A stretch of 64,000 nt of DNA. Origin: Felis catus. Its lineage: Eukaryota. The translations under genes and the position numbers were made by a program. The DNA lies in assembly GCF_018350175.1 (NCBI RefSeq), contig NC_058368.1, forward strand, positions 68,202,001 through 68,266,000. The letters are read 5' to 3'. Shown one piece after another: positions 1 through 11,350 of the stretch; the first letter of the stretch is position 1; each line of letters begins with the position of its first letter. Under the pieces are notes generated by a model. It saw nothing but the letters and a program-made list of their open reading frames with translations. It did no database searches and was not told where the DNA came from.

Positions 1-569
1 TAGCTGTCTCTTTAATCAGCAGACCTCAGGCTTGTTTCAGTGAGAATAACCCAGGTGCTGATCACCTTAATGACAACACTATTTTAAAAAGCATTTTAAA
101 CACATTATACTGTAGATTATTCTATTTTTTTCCCCTAATGGAGCTGTCCTTGAAGGACCATTATGCCATTCCTTTCAGATGTTTAATAAAGCACGAGATT
201 ATAATGATCATGCTTGAGAATAGGTTTTGTGCAGCTGGGAATTGCAATATAGCAATCTTCTATTAAATCATTGAGATGCTAAAATGTATCTTTAGAGGGG
301 TGGTGATGGGGTTTTATTAAATTGGTCTAATCAGTATTCCCTATGATCATTCATACAATTTTATTTTTAATTATTATCATCCTAATCAAAAAGCATGTAT
401 CCAAAATTCCTTTGTGCATATTCCTGAGTTGAGATCTATGAGGGTTTCAGCCAGGCCCTCCACAAGCTTATAGTTGGAAATAACCTTGAAGCTTATCCAA
501 CCTCTTAAATGAACGACGGGCACATTATTTATTATAGAAGGTATTGGTGTGTGGGGTTGAGTGGGGGCT

Positions 570-730
570 TCTGAATGTGCTGGTTTAGGTTCAAAGACTT
601 CGCTTACTAGTGGCCACACATTGGATGTATTACCTAATCACCTCTGAGAACAGTGTTACCTTGTGAGCAATAAGGTGATTTGTATTAAGTAAATCCCTAG
701 CACCAAGCTCAGTAGAGTAGCTCTTTAAAA
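570..730 (+). mobile_element. MIR SINE fragment (degraded)
   Basis: Resembles MIR core/3' part (ggttcaaa...cttactag...cctctgag...gtgagcaataag...tagcac); boundaries approximate. Confidence 0.45.
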
Positions 731-743
731 ATAAGATGTTGGA

Positions 744-2027
744 TGCTCAACGTCGCTCCTCATCAGGGAAATACAAATCAAAACCACACTCAGATATCAC
801 CTCACGCCAGTCAGAGTGGCCAAAATGAACAAATCAGGAGACTATAGATGCTGGAGAGGATGTGGAGACACAAGAACCCTCTTGCACTGTTGGTGGGAAT
901 GCAAACTGGTGCAGCTGCTCTAGAAAACAGTGTGGAGATTCCTCAAAAAATTAAAAATAGACCTACCCTATGACCCAGCAGTAGCACTGCTAGGAATTTA
1001 CCCAAGGGATATAGGAGTACTGATGCATAGGGGCACTTGTACCCCAATGTTTATAGCAGCACTTTCAACAATAGCCAAATTATGGAGAGAGCCTAAATGT
1101 CCATCAACTGATGAATGGATAAAGAAATTGTGGTTTATATACACAATGGAATACTACGTGGCAATGAGAAAGAATGAAATATGGCCCTTTGTAGCAATGT
1201 GGATGGAACTGGAGAGTGTTATGCTAAGTGAAATAAGCCATACAGAGAAAGACGGATACCATATGGTTTCACTCTTATGTGGATCCTGAGAAACTTAACA
1301 GGAACCCATGGGGGAGGGTGTGGGGGGCCGGGCCCGGTGCCAGGCTGAGACCGGGTCGAGCAATGTTCCCCGTTGACTCAAGCCAACCTGGTGGTTACCC
1401 CTCCCATTCCCCCACTTTCAAGGGCATACGAAAGCCTTGTCAAGGCTGAGAGTTAATTCCTGAAGCCTGTGGTCTGCAGGTGTTGGCAGTAATGCTACCT
1501 CCCTTTTTCTACCCCTAGTCAGATAGACACAAACATGGGAACTGTGTTTTGCTAGCAATCTATCAACAAGGTCTTGTGACCTGTTCAGAAAGTTCACAAG
1601 GTATACAGAACTAAATGTTTTGGCTGGCAGTGATCATGTGAAACCTGTTTATTCTTAGAATGACCTGATCCATAAGAGTCTTATATTATAAAAGATTGTG
1701 TACAGCAACAATAAAGCCGTCACTTGGGCCATCAGCCCAGGTGTTCCCAAACTTTCTCTTCTCTCTTTTTTCTTGCATTCCCCTACCCTCAGGACCCTGA
1801 CCTCAGTGTTTGTCGCGCCGGTCGCGACAGGAGGGGAAGGAAAAAAAAAAAGAGGTTAGAGTAGGAGAGAGCCAAAGCATAAGAGACTCTTAAAAACTGA
1901 GAACAAACTGAAGGCTGATGGGGGGTGGGAGGGCTGGTGATGGGTATTGAGGAGAGCACCTGTTAGGATGAGCACTGGGTGTTGTATGGAAACCAATTTG
2001 ACAATAAATTTCATATATTTATAAAAA
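744..2027 (+). mobile_element. 5'-truncated feline-type LINE-1 (L1_Fc-like): ORF2 C-terminus + 3'UTR, interrupted by an LTR
   Basis: Translates as the ORF2 end ([18 protein letters not shown] zinc knuckle; ...PYDPAVALLGIYP...KLWFIYTMEYY...) with one TAG at 921-923; 3'UTR ends acaataaatttcatat + A-rich tail; TSD atgttgga at 736-743 and 2028-2035. Confidence 0.95.
1319..1829 (+). mobile_element. Solo LTR of a class II (betaretrovirus-like) endogenous retrovirus
   Basis: TG...CA termini; perfect 6-bp TSD GGAGGG (1313-1318, 1830-1835); the L1 3'UTR resumes exactly after it; TATAAAA 1687-1693; AATAAA 1710-1715. Confidence 0.9.
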
Positions 2028-2183
2028 ATGTTGGACATCAGAGATAATATTTAACCAGTAAATGTAGACTTATTTCCCACACAGTTTCTGAAACAGTTGT
2101 GATTACATCATCCTTGACGATTCAGACTTTAAAAATGTAGATTTAAAGGTCTGTTAAGCAAGTTGAATCTCTCTTTTGGGATC

Positions 2184-2219
<36 letters not shown>
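2184..2219. repeat. (CAA)n microsatellite
   Basis: Perfect CAA run seen directly. Confidence 0.95.
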
Positions 2220-3329
2220 TCTTGCCTAGCTGTTGAGTTTTGGTAAAATAATCAACTATGTTTTACTGTGTCCCTGCACCAGGCAAGGAAAGTGTAAAGT
2301 GTGTGACTGGAATTAGCATCTTGCATCCAGAAGTAAGGAGTCAGACGGCCTCTGTGCAGCAGGCAGGGGGGAGAAGATGGCAGGTACTTTGCAACTCAGC
2401 AAGTGGCAAGAGGCGCCTTGCTTGTGGTTCACCAAAGGCCAGGGAGGCAGAGAGAGAAAGCAGCCAACACTGAGACTGGGAACCCAGATAGAAACTCTCA
2501 GGTTTCTGAGATCTAGCTAAGGAAAGAGAAAGCAAAGCTGCTTCCTGGAAGTCGGGCTAGACTGAACAATGGATCCATCTAGAAGAAACAGAAAAAGAGC
2601 CTCAGGATGAAAAGCTAGTTAGCAATTCAACAGGTAAAATATTTTCTTTTGATCTCCTTTTAATTTTTCTAATAAATCACACTTCTAGTCATCCTATATA
2701 GAGATTTGAATAAAAAGGATCCCATGATGTAGGTCTGGCAGTGGCTTAGGCAAGGCTGGGTTTCTTTCTATCACATTGTCTCAGACCCGTTCCTGATTAA
2801 ATGGGAAAACCTATCACATTTATGTATATTTCAAAGGAATGAAAAAAAAAAACCTTAAAAGGAAACCAAACCCCAGGTGTCTTCGATGGTGACAGAGCAA
2901 CAGCATTTGTTTTGCTTTGAAAGTTATTATTTTTTTTTGATCCTTGCTCTTTTAGAATGAACACCCATTAGTCTTAATTTTTTTTTTTTTTTTTGAGAAA
3001 GCTGCCCCGTCTTCAGGTATTTACTTTTATGCTTGAAGAAGTCTTGTAGCAATGGGGAGAAAACCCTTCAAGTTCCATTTGAGAGGAAGAATCTGAAGCA
3101 TGTAAGAAAGGGAAAGGAAGTCTGGTCACAGTCCACAGGTCTTACTGGCAGAAACTCTAGTGGGTGTACAGGTATGGGGCCTATGACAGTCCCAGAGAAA
3201 TAGTCACTCTATATAGAGCTACTCAAAGGTTTGAAAAGTGTGCCCTGCTCTTTAGTGTAGCATCGCAGCATGAGAATGAGACCCAGTTTAATGATTGGGA
3301 TCTGACAGGTAACACGGAAGGGGGATTCA

Positions 3330-3490
3330 AAGGAGCTTAATTGTGCACCTATTAAGTATGCATCGTGCTGTCTGTATTACCTGGATTGTCTCTCTCTTAG
3401 TCTTCATGGAGTCCCTATGAAGTGTGTATTATCATACCCTCTTCTCCCAGATGGTTAAGTGACATGCCTGAGGCCAACATTTATCACCTT
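3330..3490 (-). mobile_element. MIR fragment
   Basis: Antisense MIR-like text (ttgtgcacctatta...ccctatgaagt...attatcataccc...cagatggttaagtgacatgcctgaggcca). Confidence 0.5.
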
Positions 3491-4929
3491 CCTTTACGAC
3501 ACAGCCTCCTTCTGGGCTGATGGGCTTTTGGAAGAGAATGGAGCCCAAGGAGCTTCTCACGCATACGTTTCCACCCAATCCCCACTCACGGCTTCAGCCC
3601 CAAGCCTCAGGTCTGTGCTCTATCAGTGTGGTCAGCCCGTGTGCAAACAGCTTGCTGACTTTACTCCTGCCTCTATTTGTTGCCCTGCAGATAACATAGA
3701 AAATAATATAATTGGCTGCAGCCTCCTCAGATATAAATGATAATGATACATATCTAGTTTATGAGGTTGCTCATTTTTCACCGCCCAAAAATAGGGAAAG
3801 AAACTATTTTGTTGTTCCTTGCAATTGAAAATGAACTAACAAGTTCAGCAAGTGGTGTGAACTGCATTTTGAAAGTTTCTGTAGAGCATGAGTAATTGGG
3901 CAATTTAGCACAGTACTTCTGGCTGATGCATTTTGTAGAACTTTTCTTCTACCTGTTCAGGAACTCTTTGTTTGGGAAAAACTCAGAAGGCATGCAGCTT
4001 ATGTGTTTTTAAGCCAAGATAGCACATACTTGCTATTCTTTTGTCTTGTAAAACTACGTGAGACTATTTTTTTGTCCCCTTTGTGGTGAACTGCTATAAT
4101 CTGTCTTGGAAAGTACTTTTAAAATACCAAAGATGAAGTTCTGTTTCCTTCACAGATCATTGGGTGCTTTGCCTTAGCACCTTGCATAATGAATGTCTCA
4201 TTGGCATACCGCTTAAGCACCATTTAGTCACACAACCAAAAGAAATTCCCTATTTGACGAGAAGTGACTCTTTAAAACCATAGCAATAAGCACAGGAAAA
4301 TAAAAGAAGAAGAAAGCACAAGGTCCTGAGAATTAATGGGGGGATGTTTTCCCCACGAAACGATCTGGGCAACTCTAGACTACAGAGCTCTTCATTAAAT
4401 TTACAGAAATGATAGACTATCTCATTAAACTCAATCTTCCCTCATCCCCATCCCTAGTTTTAAAACAAGCTAGATACTTCTCATTACCCTAAATAGGTAC
4501 TCAATTGACTTCTGGGATGGTGCTCTAACATATCAAGAATAGAACAAACAAAAAACCCAAATTCTTTAAAGAACGCATCGTAACAAAATTCATACTAAAT
4601 CCCTGGAAGTTACTCGTTTTCCATGTGCGTTTGCAGAATAATTACATTATCTCCACCTGTCTCTTTGGTGAGAGAAGAAATCAGAAGTTCTATGGTGGTT
4701 GGTATGTTAGAAGGACAAGTTTAGAAGCCACGGTGACATTCTAGCCGCAGCTATGTGCAGACCAGCATGCGTGACAGAGCATAAGTCCATATATATGACA
4801 GACCCCTTTCATATATGAAGAGGGTCTTAACTATGGAACGTTCAGAACTTGTAGTTGACATAGTGAGTCAGCTACATGCATTTAACTCCTTTTTCCTTCC
4901 CAAACTCTTATAGAATGAGACTAAAGGAA

Positions 4930-6661
4930 AGCAGGAATTGTGGTGCCTCCAGCTTGATTCTTCTTTCTCAAGATTGCTTTGTCTATTTGGGGTCTTTTGT
5001 GGGTCCATATAAATACTGGAATTATTTTTTCTTTTTCTATGGGAAATTCCATTGGGATTTTGATTGCAATTTTATTGAATCCATGAATTGCTTTGGGTAG
5101 TATGAACATTTTAACAATACTAATTCTTCCAATACGCGAGCATGAGCTGTCTTTCCATTTTTTTGTGTCTTCAGTTACTTTCAACAGTGTCAGCTAGTAT
5201 TCAGTGTACAGATCTTTCACCTCCTCAGTTTACCACTAAGTATTTTATCTTTTTGTTGCTATTTTAAATGGGATTGTTTTCTTAATTTCGTTTTCAGGTA
5301 GTCCATTGTTAGTGTATATAAACATAACTAATTTTTGTATATTGATTTTATATCCTGCACCTTTACTGAATTTATTAGTTCTAATAGTTTTTTGGTAGAA
5401 TCTTTGGGGTTTTCCATGTATAAGATTGATCGTGTCAATTTAACTTCTTCCTTTCTGATTTGGATGCCTTTTATTTCTTTATTACATAGCTATAGTAATC
5501 AAAACAGTATGGTACTAGTTTAAAATCAGACACATAGACCAATGGAGCAACATAGAAGGCCCAGCAATAAACCCACACATATATGGTCAATTAATCTTTA
5601 TCAGCGGTGCTAAGATACACAATAGGAGAAAGAATAGTTTCTTTAAAATGGGGAAACTGGATAGACTCATGCCAAAAAAAAAAAAAAAAAAAAAAAAGAA
5701 ATTTAGGCTCTTGTACCCTACATGAAAACTAACTCATAATGAAGTAAAGATGTAAATTAAGATCTGAATCATAAAACTACTAGAAGAAAATGGGAAAAAG
5801 CTCTTTGACATTGTCAATGTTTTGTTTTTTTGTTTTTCTTTGTTTTTTTTTTTTTTTGTGACAATAAAAGCACAGCCACAAAAGCAAACATAGACAAGTA
5901 GGACCGCATCAAACTAGAAAGTTTCTGCACAGCAAAGGAACCCATCAACAGACTGAAAGGACAACCTACAGAATGGGAGAAAATATTTACAAACTGCGTA
6001 TCTGATAAAGGCTTAAACCCAAAATATGTAAGGAACTCCTACAAATCCATAGCAAAAAACAAAAGCAAAAACCACCTAAAAACAAAGCAATCTGACTAAA
6101 GAATGGGCAGAGGAACTTCACAGACACTTTTCCAAAAGAAGACACACAAATGGTCAACAGATAAAGGAAAAGACGCTCAACATGAGGAATCATCAGTGAA
6201 ATGCAAATCAAAACAATGAGATACCACCTTATACTTGTCAGGGTGGCTATTATCAAAAAGATAAGAGATTTTAAAAAGATAAGCGATAACAAGTTTGGGT
6301 CAGTGTGTGGAGTTTCCTTCTGGGGTCCTTTGTATACTGTTGGCGGGAATGTAAATTGGCACAGCCATTTTGGAAACAGTACGGAAGTTTCTCAAATATT
6401 AAAATTTGAGCTTCCATATGATTCAGCGGTACTTCTGGGTGTATATGCAACGGAGATGAAATCAGTGTTTTGAAGAAATCTCTGTACTTCTGTGTGAGGC
6501 ACGGGATGTGTGCATTAACTTGATTGTGCTGATCATTTCACAATATAGAGGCATATAAAATTGTCACACTCTAGCCCTTTAAAAAATCACATTGAACTAC
6601 CTAAATATACACAGTAATTTTTATTTTTCTACCATACCTCAACAAAACTGTAAAAAAAGAA
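4930..6661 (+). mobile_element. Older LINE-1 (L1MA9/L1_Carn-like 3' end) with 5' inversion: 4930-~5479 inverted (-), ~5480-6661 sense (+)
   Basis: Minus part encodes KEIKGIQI...[19 protein letters not shown]...[13 protein letters not shown]; plus part continues YYIAIVIKTVWY...MRYHL...PYDSA; L1MA-type 3' end and A tail; TSD aatgagactaaaggaa 4914-4929 / aatgagagcaaaggaa 6662-6677. Confidence 0.9.
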
Positions 6662-6739
6662 AATGAGAGCAAAGGAATAGAAAAGGCATCAACCCACAAA
6701 AAGCAACATACATGTGAAAAACTTACAAAGTCATGTGAA

Positions 6740-7385
6740 CTAGAAAAGATCCCAATAGAAAAATGAACAAACAGAACAGGTAGGCTTTTTTTTTTAATGT
6801 TTATTTATTTTTGAGACAGAGAGAGACAGAGCATGAACAGAGGAGGGTCAGAGAGAGAGGGAGACACAGAATCTGAAACAGGCTCCGGGCTCCGAGCTGT
6901 CAGCACAGAGCCTGATGAGGGGCTCGAACCCACGGACTGCGAGATCATGACCTGGGCTGAAGTCAGATGCTCAACCGACTGAGCTGCCCAGGTGCCTCAG
7001 CATTTTTTAGTAGGAGAAAGGCTTTTTGTGGCTAATGAACCTACAAGAAAGTGTTCAACTTTAATCTCACTGGGGATCTGGGAAGTGCAAACGAATTAAA
7101 AAATGAGGTGCTGTTTCTCACCCACTGGAATGCTAAAAATTAAAATGTCTCATCATAGCATACGTTTGTGGAGAATTCAGTGAAACAAAAACTCTAACAT
7201 ACAGCTGGTGGGATTTAGGACAGCCATTTTGGAGGTAATTAGCAGCAGTCATGAAAATGGAAAATGTGGTTACCCTATGACCCAGAAGGAGTTCTACTAC
7301 TAGGTCTCCAGCACAGAGAAACTGTCACTAATATGTTTCAGAAGGCACGTGTGTGAGTGTTACTACCACATTGTTGGAAAAAAGA
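6740..7385 (+). mobile_element. Ancient L1 (L1M-type) ORF2 3' fragment
   Basis: Degraded L1 motifs (cccaatagaaaaatg, tgttcaactt, acagccattttggagg, ccctatgacccag). Confidence 0.6.
6786..6998 (-). mobile_element. CAN-SINE (SINEC_Fc-type)
   Basis: T-tail + tttatttatt + (GA) tract + tRNA-derived head ending ...cccaggtgcctc. Confidence 0.95.
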
Positions 7386-7550
7386 AATAAAGATCTATTT
7401 AGATTTTCTGTGATATAGTTATACTACACTGTTTTTTGTTTTTGTTTTTTGTTTTTGTAAACAAATCCCAGAGCCATTTGACTCTGGGAATATTTACATT
7501 CAAGTGCCTGGATATTATGATTATGATTTTTATCACATACTCCATTTTTA

Positions 7551-7762
7551 TTTTTATTTATTTAAAGTTTATTTATTTATTTTGAGAGACAGAGAGTGGG
7601 AGCAGTGGAGGGGCAGAGAGAGAGGGAGAGAGAGAATCCCAAGCAGGTTCCACACGGTGTGCAGTTCCTGAGGCTAGGTGTAAACTCACGAATCTGTGAG
7701 ATCATGACCTGAGCTGAAATCGTGAGTCAGTCGCTTAACTGACTGAGCCACACAGGCACCCC
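7551..7762 (-). mobile_element. CAN-SINE
   Basis: SINE structure; TSD acatactcc(a/c)ttttta at 7535-7550 / 7763-7778. Confidence 0.95.
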
Positions 7763-8874
7763 ACATACTCCCTTTTTAGACTCTAATGTAATACTTATCA
7801 TCTCAAAATCAGGTTCTATCTGAGAAGAGTGGATTTGGGAATTAATTGTACATACCATCTGTGATATATGACATATTTTAATCTATAGCAACTATGATTA
7901 TGTTTTGGATTATACTATGTTTACCTTGCTGAAAATTTTATTCTAGATATCGCAGGAAACCCTTGGTTTCTAGCCACTATAATCTGAAATGCATTCTGCA
8001 TCGCTGAGCTTTAGTCACTTCAAGAACAAGGTCACTGCAGCCTGTGATAATGAAATAATTTTCATTTAAAAGTATGGAATTTCTTAAGTATGGAATTTAA
8101 TGGTATGGAATTTCTACTATTCTACAAGTATGAATGAGGCAACACTGTCTAACTATACCTGGAGATTCAGCTAGGACTGGGTTAACCTCATGGAGAGTGT
8201 TTGTGTCCTGTTTTTAGACTCTGGAACAGATATGCTTGATTTTCTGTATCAGTCATGATTCCACAGTGAAAGAGTGAATGGATTTTCCTTAATACTTTTC
8301 ATTGTATAACTAACAGCTCCTAGCACCATACTGGACTTCTAGGGATTCAGTGGTTACTTTCCAAATTACCTTAATAATGTGACAGAAAGAAGAAGGTACT
8401 TAGATGAGTTGTTGGCTGTTTGCTTAGAGGAGAATGATGACATTATCCGAGGATATTGGAAGTTATGAGTCCCGTCTTTGTATTCCCTATTGGACCATTG
8501 TACCAAGATAGCTGTCTTACTAGAAATCTGAAGAACAGACTGACACAAAGAGGGTAGGGGCGAGAGATGGAAAGAACCTTTGTCTTTGATGATACCTTCA
8601 CCTGAGCCCATCTCCACCCTGCCTATCCTAGTATATGAAATAATACTTGCATGAGGCTAGGCTTTCTATTAGGTGAGGCTAGAAACACCAAAATGGATAA
8701 AATTTTTCAATAAACTGACTTTTCAACTAACCAAAAATGCTACAAAATGGCATGTGTTTTTATCAGACCACCACCTTTTCCCTCTGTGTGAGAAACAAGA
8801 GCAGGGAAAACAAATCAAATAAACTTTAGAAATACCGATGATTGAATACTCGCTGAAAAGAAATAAAGATGAAC

Positions 8875-8990
8875 TATTCTAGTCCTTTCGTTTACGTTGG
8901 GAACTTCAGGCCCAGAGGAATACAGACCTTACTCATGGTCATTCAGCATGTTTGTGGCATGTCAACATAAGATCTCAGGACTGGATCAGC
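8875..8990 (-). mobile_element. MIR fragment
   Basis: gaacttcaggcccagag...cttactcatggtcattcagc...gtggc resembles the antisense MIR core. Confidence 0.4.
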
Positions 8991-9759
8991 CACTTCATAT
9001 TGTCTGTCTGTGGTGTTAGGGTCAAAGAGAGGATATTTAATGAGAGAGGAGACTGAGGTATTAACCTAATGGGTACCATTTCTGGGTGGTCATCAATGCG
9101 TGCCCACCTAAAACTTCACAGGATCCTTTTTCAAATGTATCATTAACTTGAAGGGATTGTATAAAATTGAGGCATTATTATTTTATGTTTCATTTTATGG
9201 GAATATGCAGTGTCAACACTTCCAGTGTTGTTTATAAATAATTAATAATTACAGGCGCTTTAGGGAGTTGAGAATATTTTTTAAGGAATAAATACGCCTC
9301 TGCTTTGGTTTATGTCCTTTCTGATTAATGCATAGCCTGTAACACGTTCATTTCATCCTGTTTTAATTGTGAAATGTTTTAGCCTTAATTTTAGCTCTCA
9401 GTTTTTACACAGTACAATTTCTTTACTCATACTTCTTTGCCTAGTTAATGTTTAATGTCATTTGTATTTTTACACCTCTGAATATTAACCCACAGAAGGG
9501 TTTTTCAGTGGTATAAATGATAGCTTCTATCAAAAGTGCTGGTGGAATTAATATCCCAGATTAATGTAAGGCTGAAATCTAAGTGTATAGCACATTAAAA
9601 AAAAAAGTAAGCAAAGATTCTTGCAGTCTGGTTTGCAGTGTAAATGAAAGGTCAGGGAGTTGAGACTTTAGGTCAATGCATTATGTTTAGGAGGGTTTTC
9701 ATCACACATAAATCTAACTACCCGTTAGATCCTGATTATCCATTGGCCACTTCCACTCT

Positions 9760-10260
9760 GGTTCAGTCAATAAGCATTTATAGAATACCTACTGTATGCC
9801 CAACAGTGTGCAAGACACTGGGAAGCATATTGGCAAGGGTCACATTTAAGAGGCAGGCTACGAAGGAGTAGCAGAAAGGAATAACACAATGACCCAGGCC
9901 ATGAAGAATGTGCAGTCTACTGGGTGAGGTAACTAATCAAATAATTGCAGAACATTACGGTCAGTGCTATAATAATGGTGTGACCAGCATATTTTTGAAT
10001 ATAGATGAGTGCACATTTCCTGAGGGCTTCTCTCAGGAGGTGATGTATAATCTGGGTCTTTAAAAATGAGTAGAATTCCATGAGTGGAGAAGAGAAAGGA
10101 TAAAGGGGCTTTACAGGTAACAAAATACTATTTGCAAAGGAACAGCGTGAGAAAATTATTGTTGAAGCAACCATGAGTAAATAGTCAAGGGGGCCTGGGG
10201 TGGAGGATATGCATGAGAAATCAAGCTGAAAAATCTTGACAATAAAGAACAAAGAGAGGG
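9760..10260 (-). mobile_element. LINE-2 3' fragment
   Basis: L2 3'-end signature (ttcagtcaataagcatttatagaatacctactgtatgcc...gtgtgcaagacactggg). Confidence 0.6.
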
Positions 10261-11189
10261 ATGTAAGAAATACTCATGTAAGCCACTCACAGCATTACTT
10301 AAAGCTCAAGCCTTCTTTCCTCCCCTCTACGCATGTTGGTCAACTCCAGTGTTGATCAGTCATTAGGTATTAGCACCCTCATCTGCTGTCATAGGCAGTA
10401 TTACATGTGGGCACACTTCAGTCGAAAAAGATCTCCCTTGTATCATATACAGAGGCTGAGAGGTGACATTTTACTATTAAAAACTTCAAACTGAGTCTTG
10501 TCTAAGATCATATCTTTATCAACATAAGTAAGGCCATAAACATAATATTGGCATACACACAGGCTCAGGTGAAAGAGACTCTTGAACGAGTGCATGCTTA
10601 CTTCATCTGCCTCTTTATTAATTAAATTAGCAGCATAAACAGCATAAAGGCTTTTTTCTTATCCTGCATATGTCTCTTAGTTTAACAAATTAATCTCCAA
10701 GGTTCTTTCTTTTGGTGTCTCTGCTCTCCTTGCCAAAGTGAGGCTCACAGTAGCTGTTGCCTGAGAAAATAAGATTATCCATATATCTAGGTGTTGGTAA
10801 TGTTAATGGTAGATTAGGAGCTATCATTTTTCCTCGCTGTTACAAAACTAAGGGATAGTTGATTTTGTTTCCTTTATAAATTAAACCCAGTGTTTAGGAA
10901 AAAAAGATAGTTTGAATATTTATGCCCACCTCATGTCAACAAGGAGTTGAGGTGGTGAACATAGGTACTGATCCACGGAACAATGATCACACAGAAGGGC
11001 AATCCAGTGTCCCTGAAATACAGGGAAGCTAAGCCCCAATTACACATATGTGGATTTTGTACCTTTCTCTTTGATGCCATAGTGCACATGAAGCCAGGCA
11101 AATGTAGACCCTGCTAGCAAGAAAAATGACATAGGGCTCATCTGGCCTAACCCAGAGCACTGTGTTCTATCATGGAGAGTATGTGGAGA

Positions 11190-11350
11190 AGCAAAAGGGC
11201 ACATGGCAGGGGTCAGAAGACCCAGGTTCTAGTTCAGGCTGTAGAACATAGTTGCTATTAGATCTTGGGTAAGTCCTGTCACCTCTTTGTACCCTCAGGG
11301 CACAGAGCTCTGTTAGAGTACAAATTAGAAAATACATATGGACTCCCTCG
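11190..11350 (+). mobile_element. MIR fragment
   Basis: ggggtcagaagacccaggttctagt...cttgggtaagtc...acctct...cctcag. Confidence 0.55.

Noticed and set aside
930..1289. 119-aa ORF as a host gene
   Set aside because: It is the L1 ORF2 C-terminus in a 5'-truncated copy, with an upstream in-frame stop
3654..3740. Strong + acceptor (CTGAC, pyrimidine tract, CAG at 3690) followed by DNIENNIIGCSLLRYK*
   Set aside because: No donor, no recognisable protein; isolated acceptors are common by chance
8370..8527. Minus-strand 158-nt open segment with AG and GT boundaries
   Set aside because: Peptide unrecognisable, weak donor (GTAATT), no partner exons
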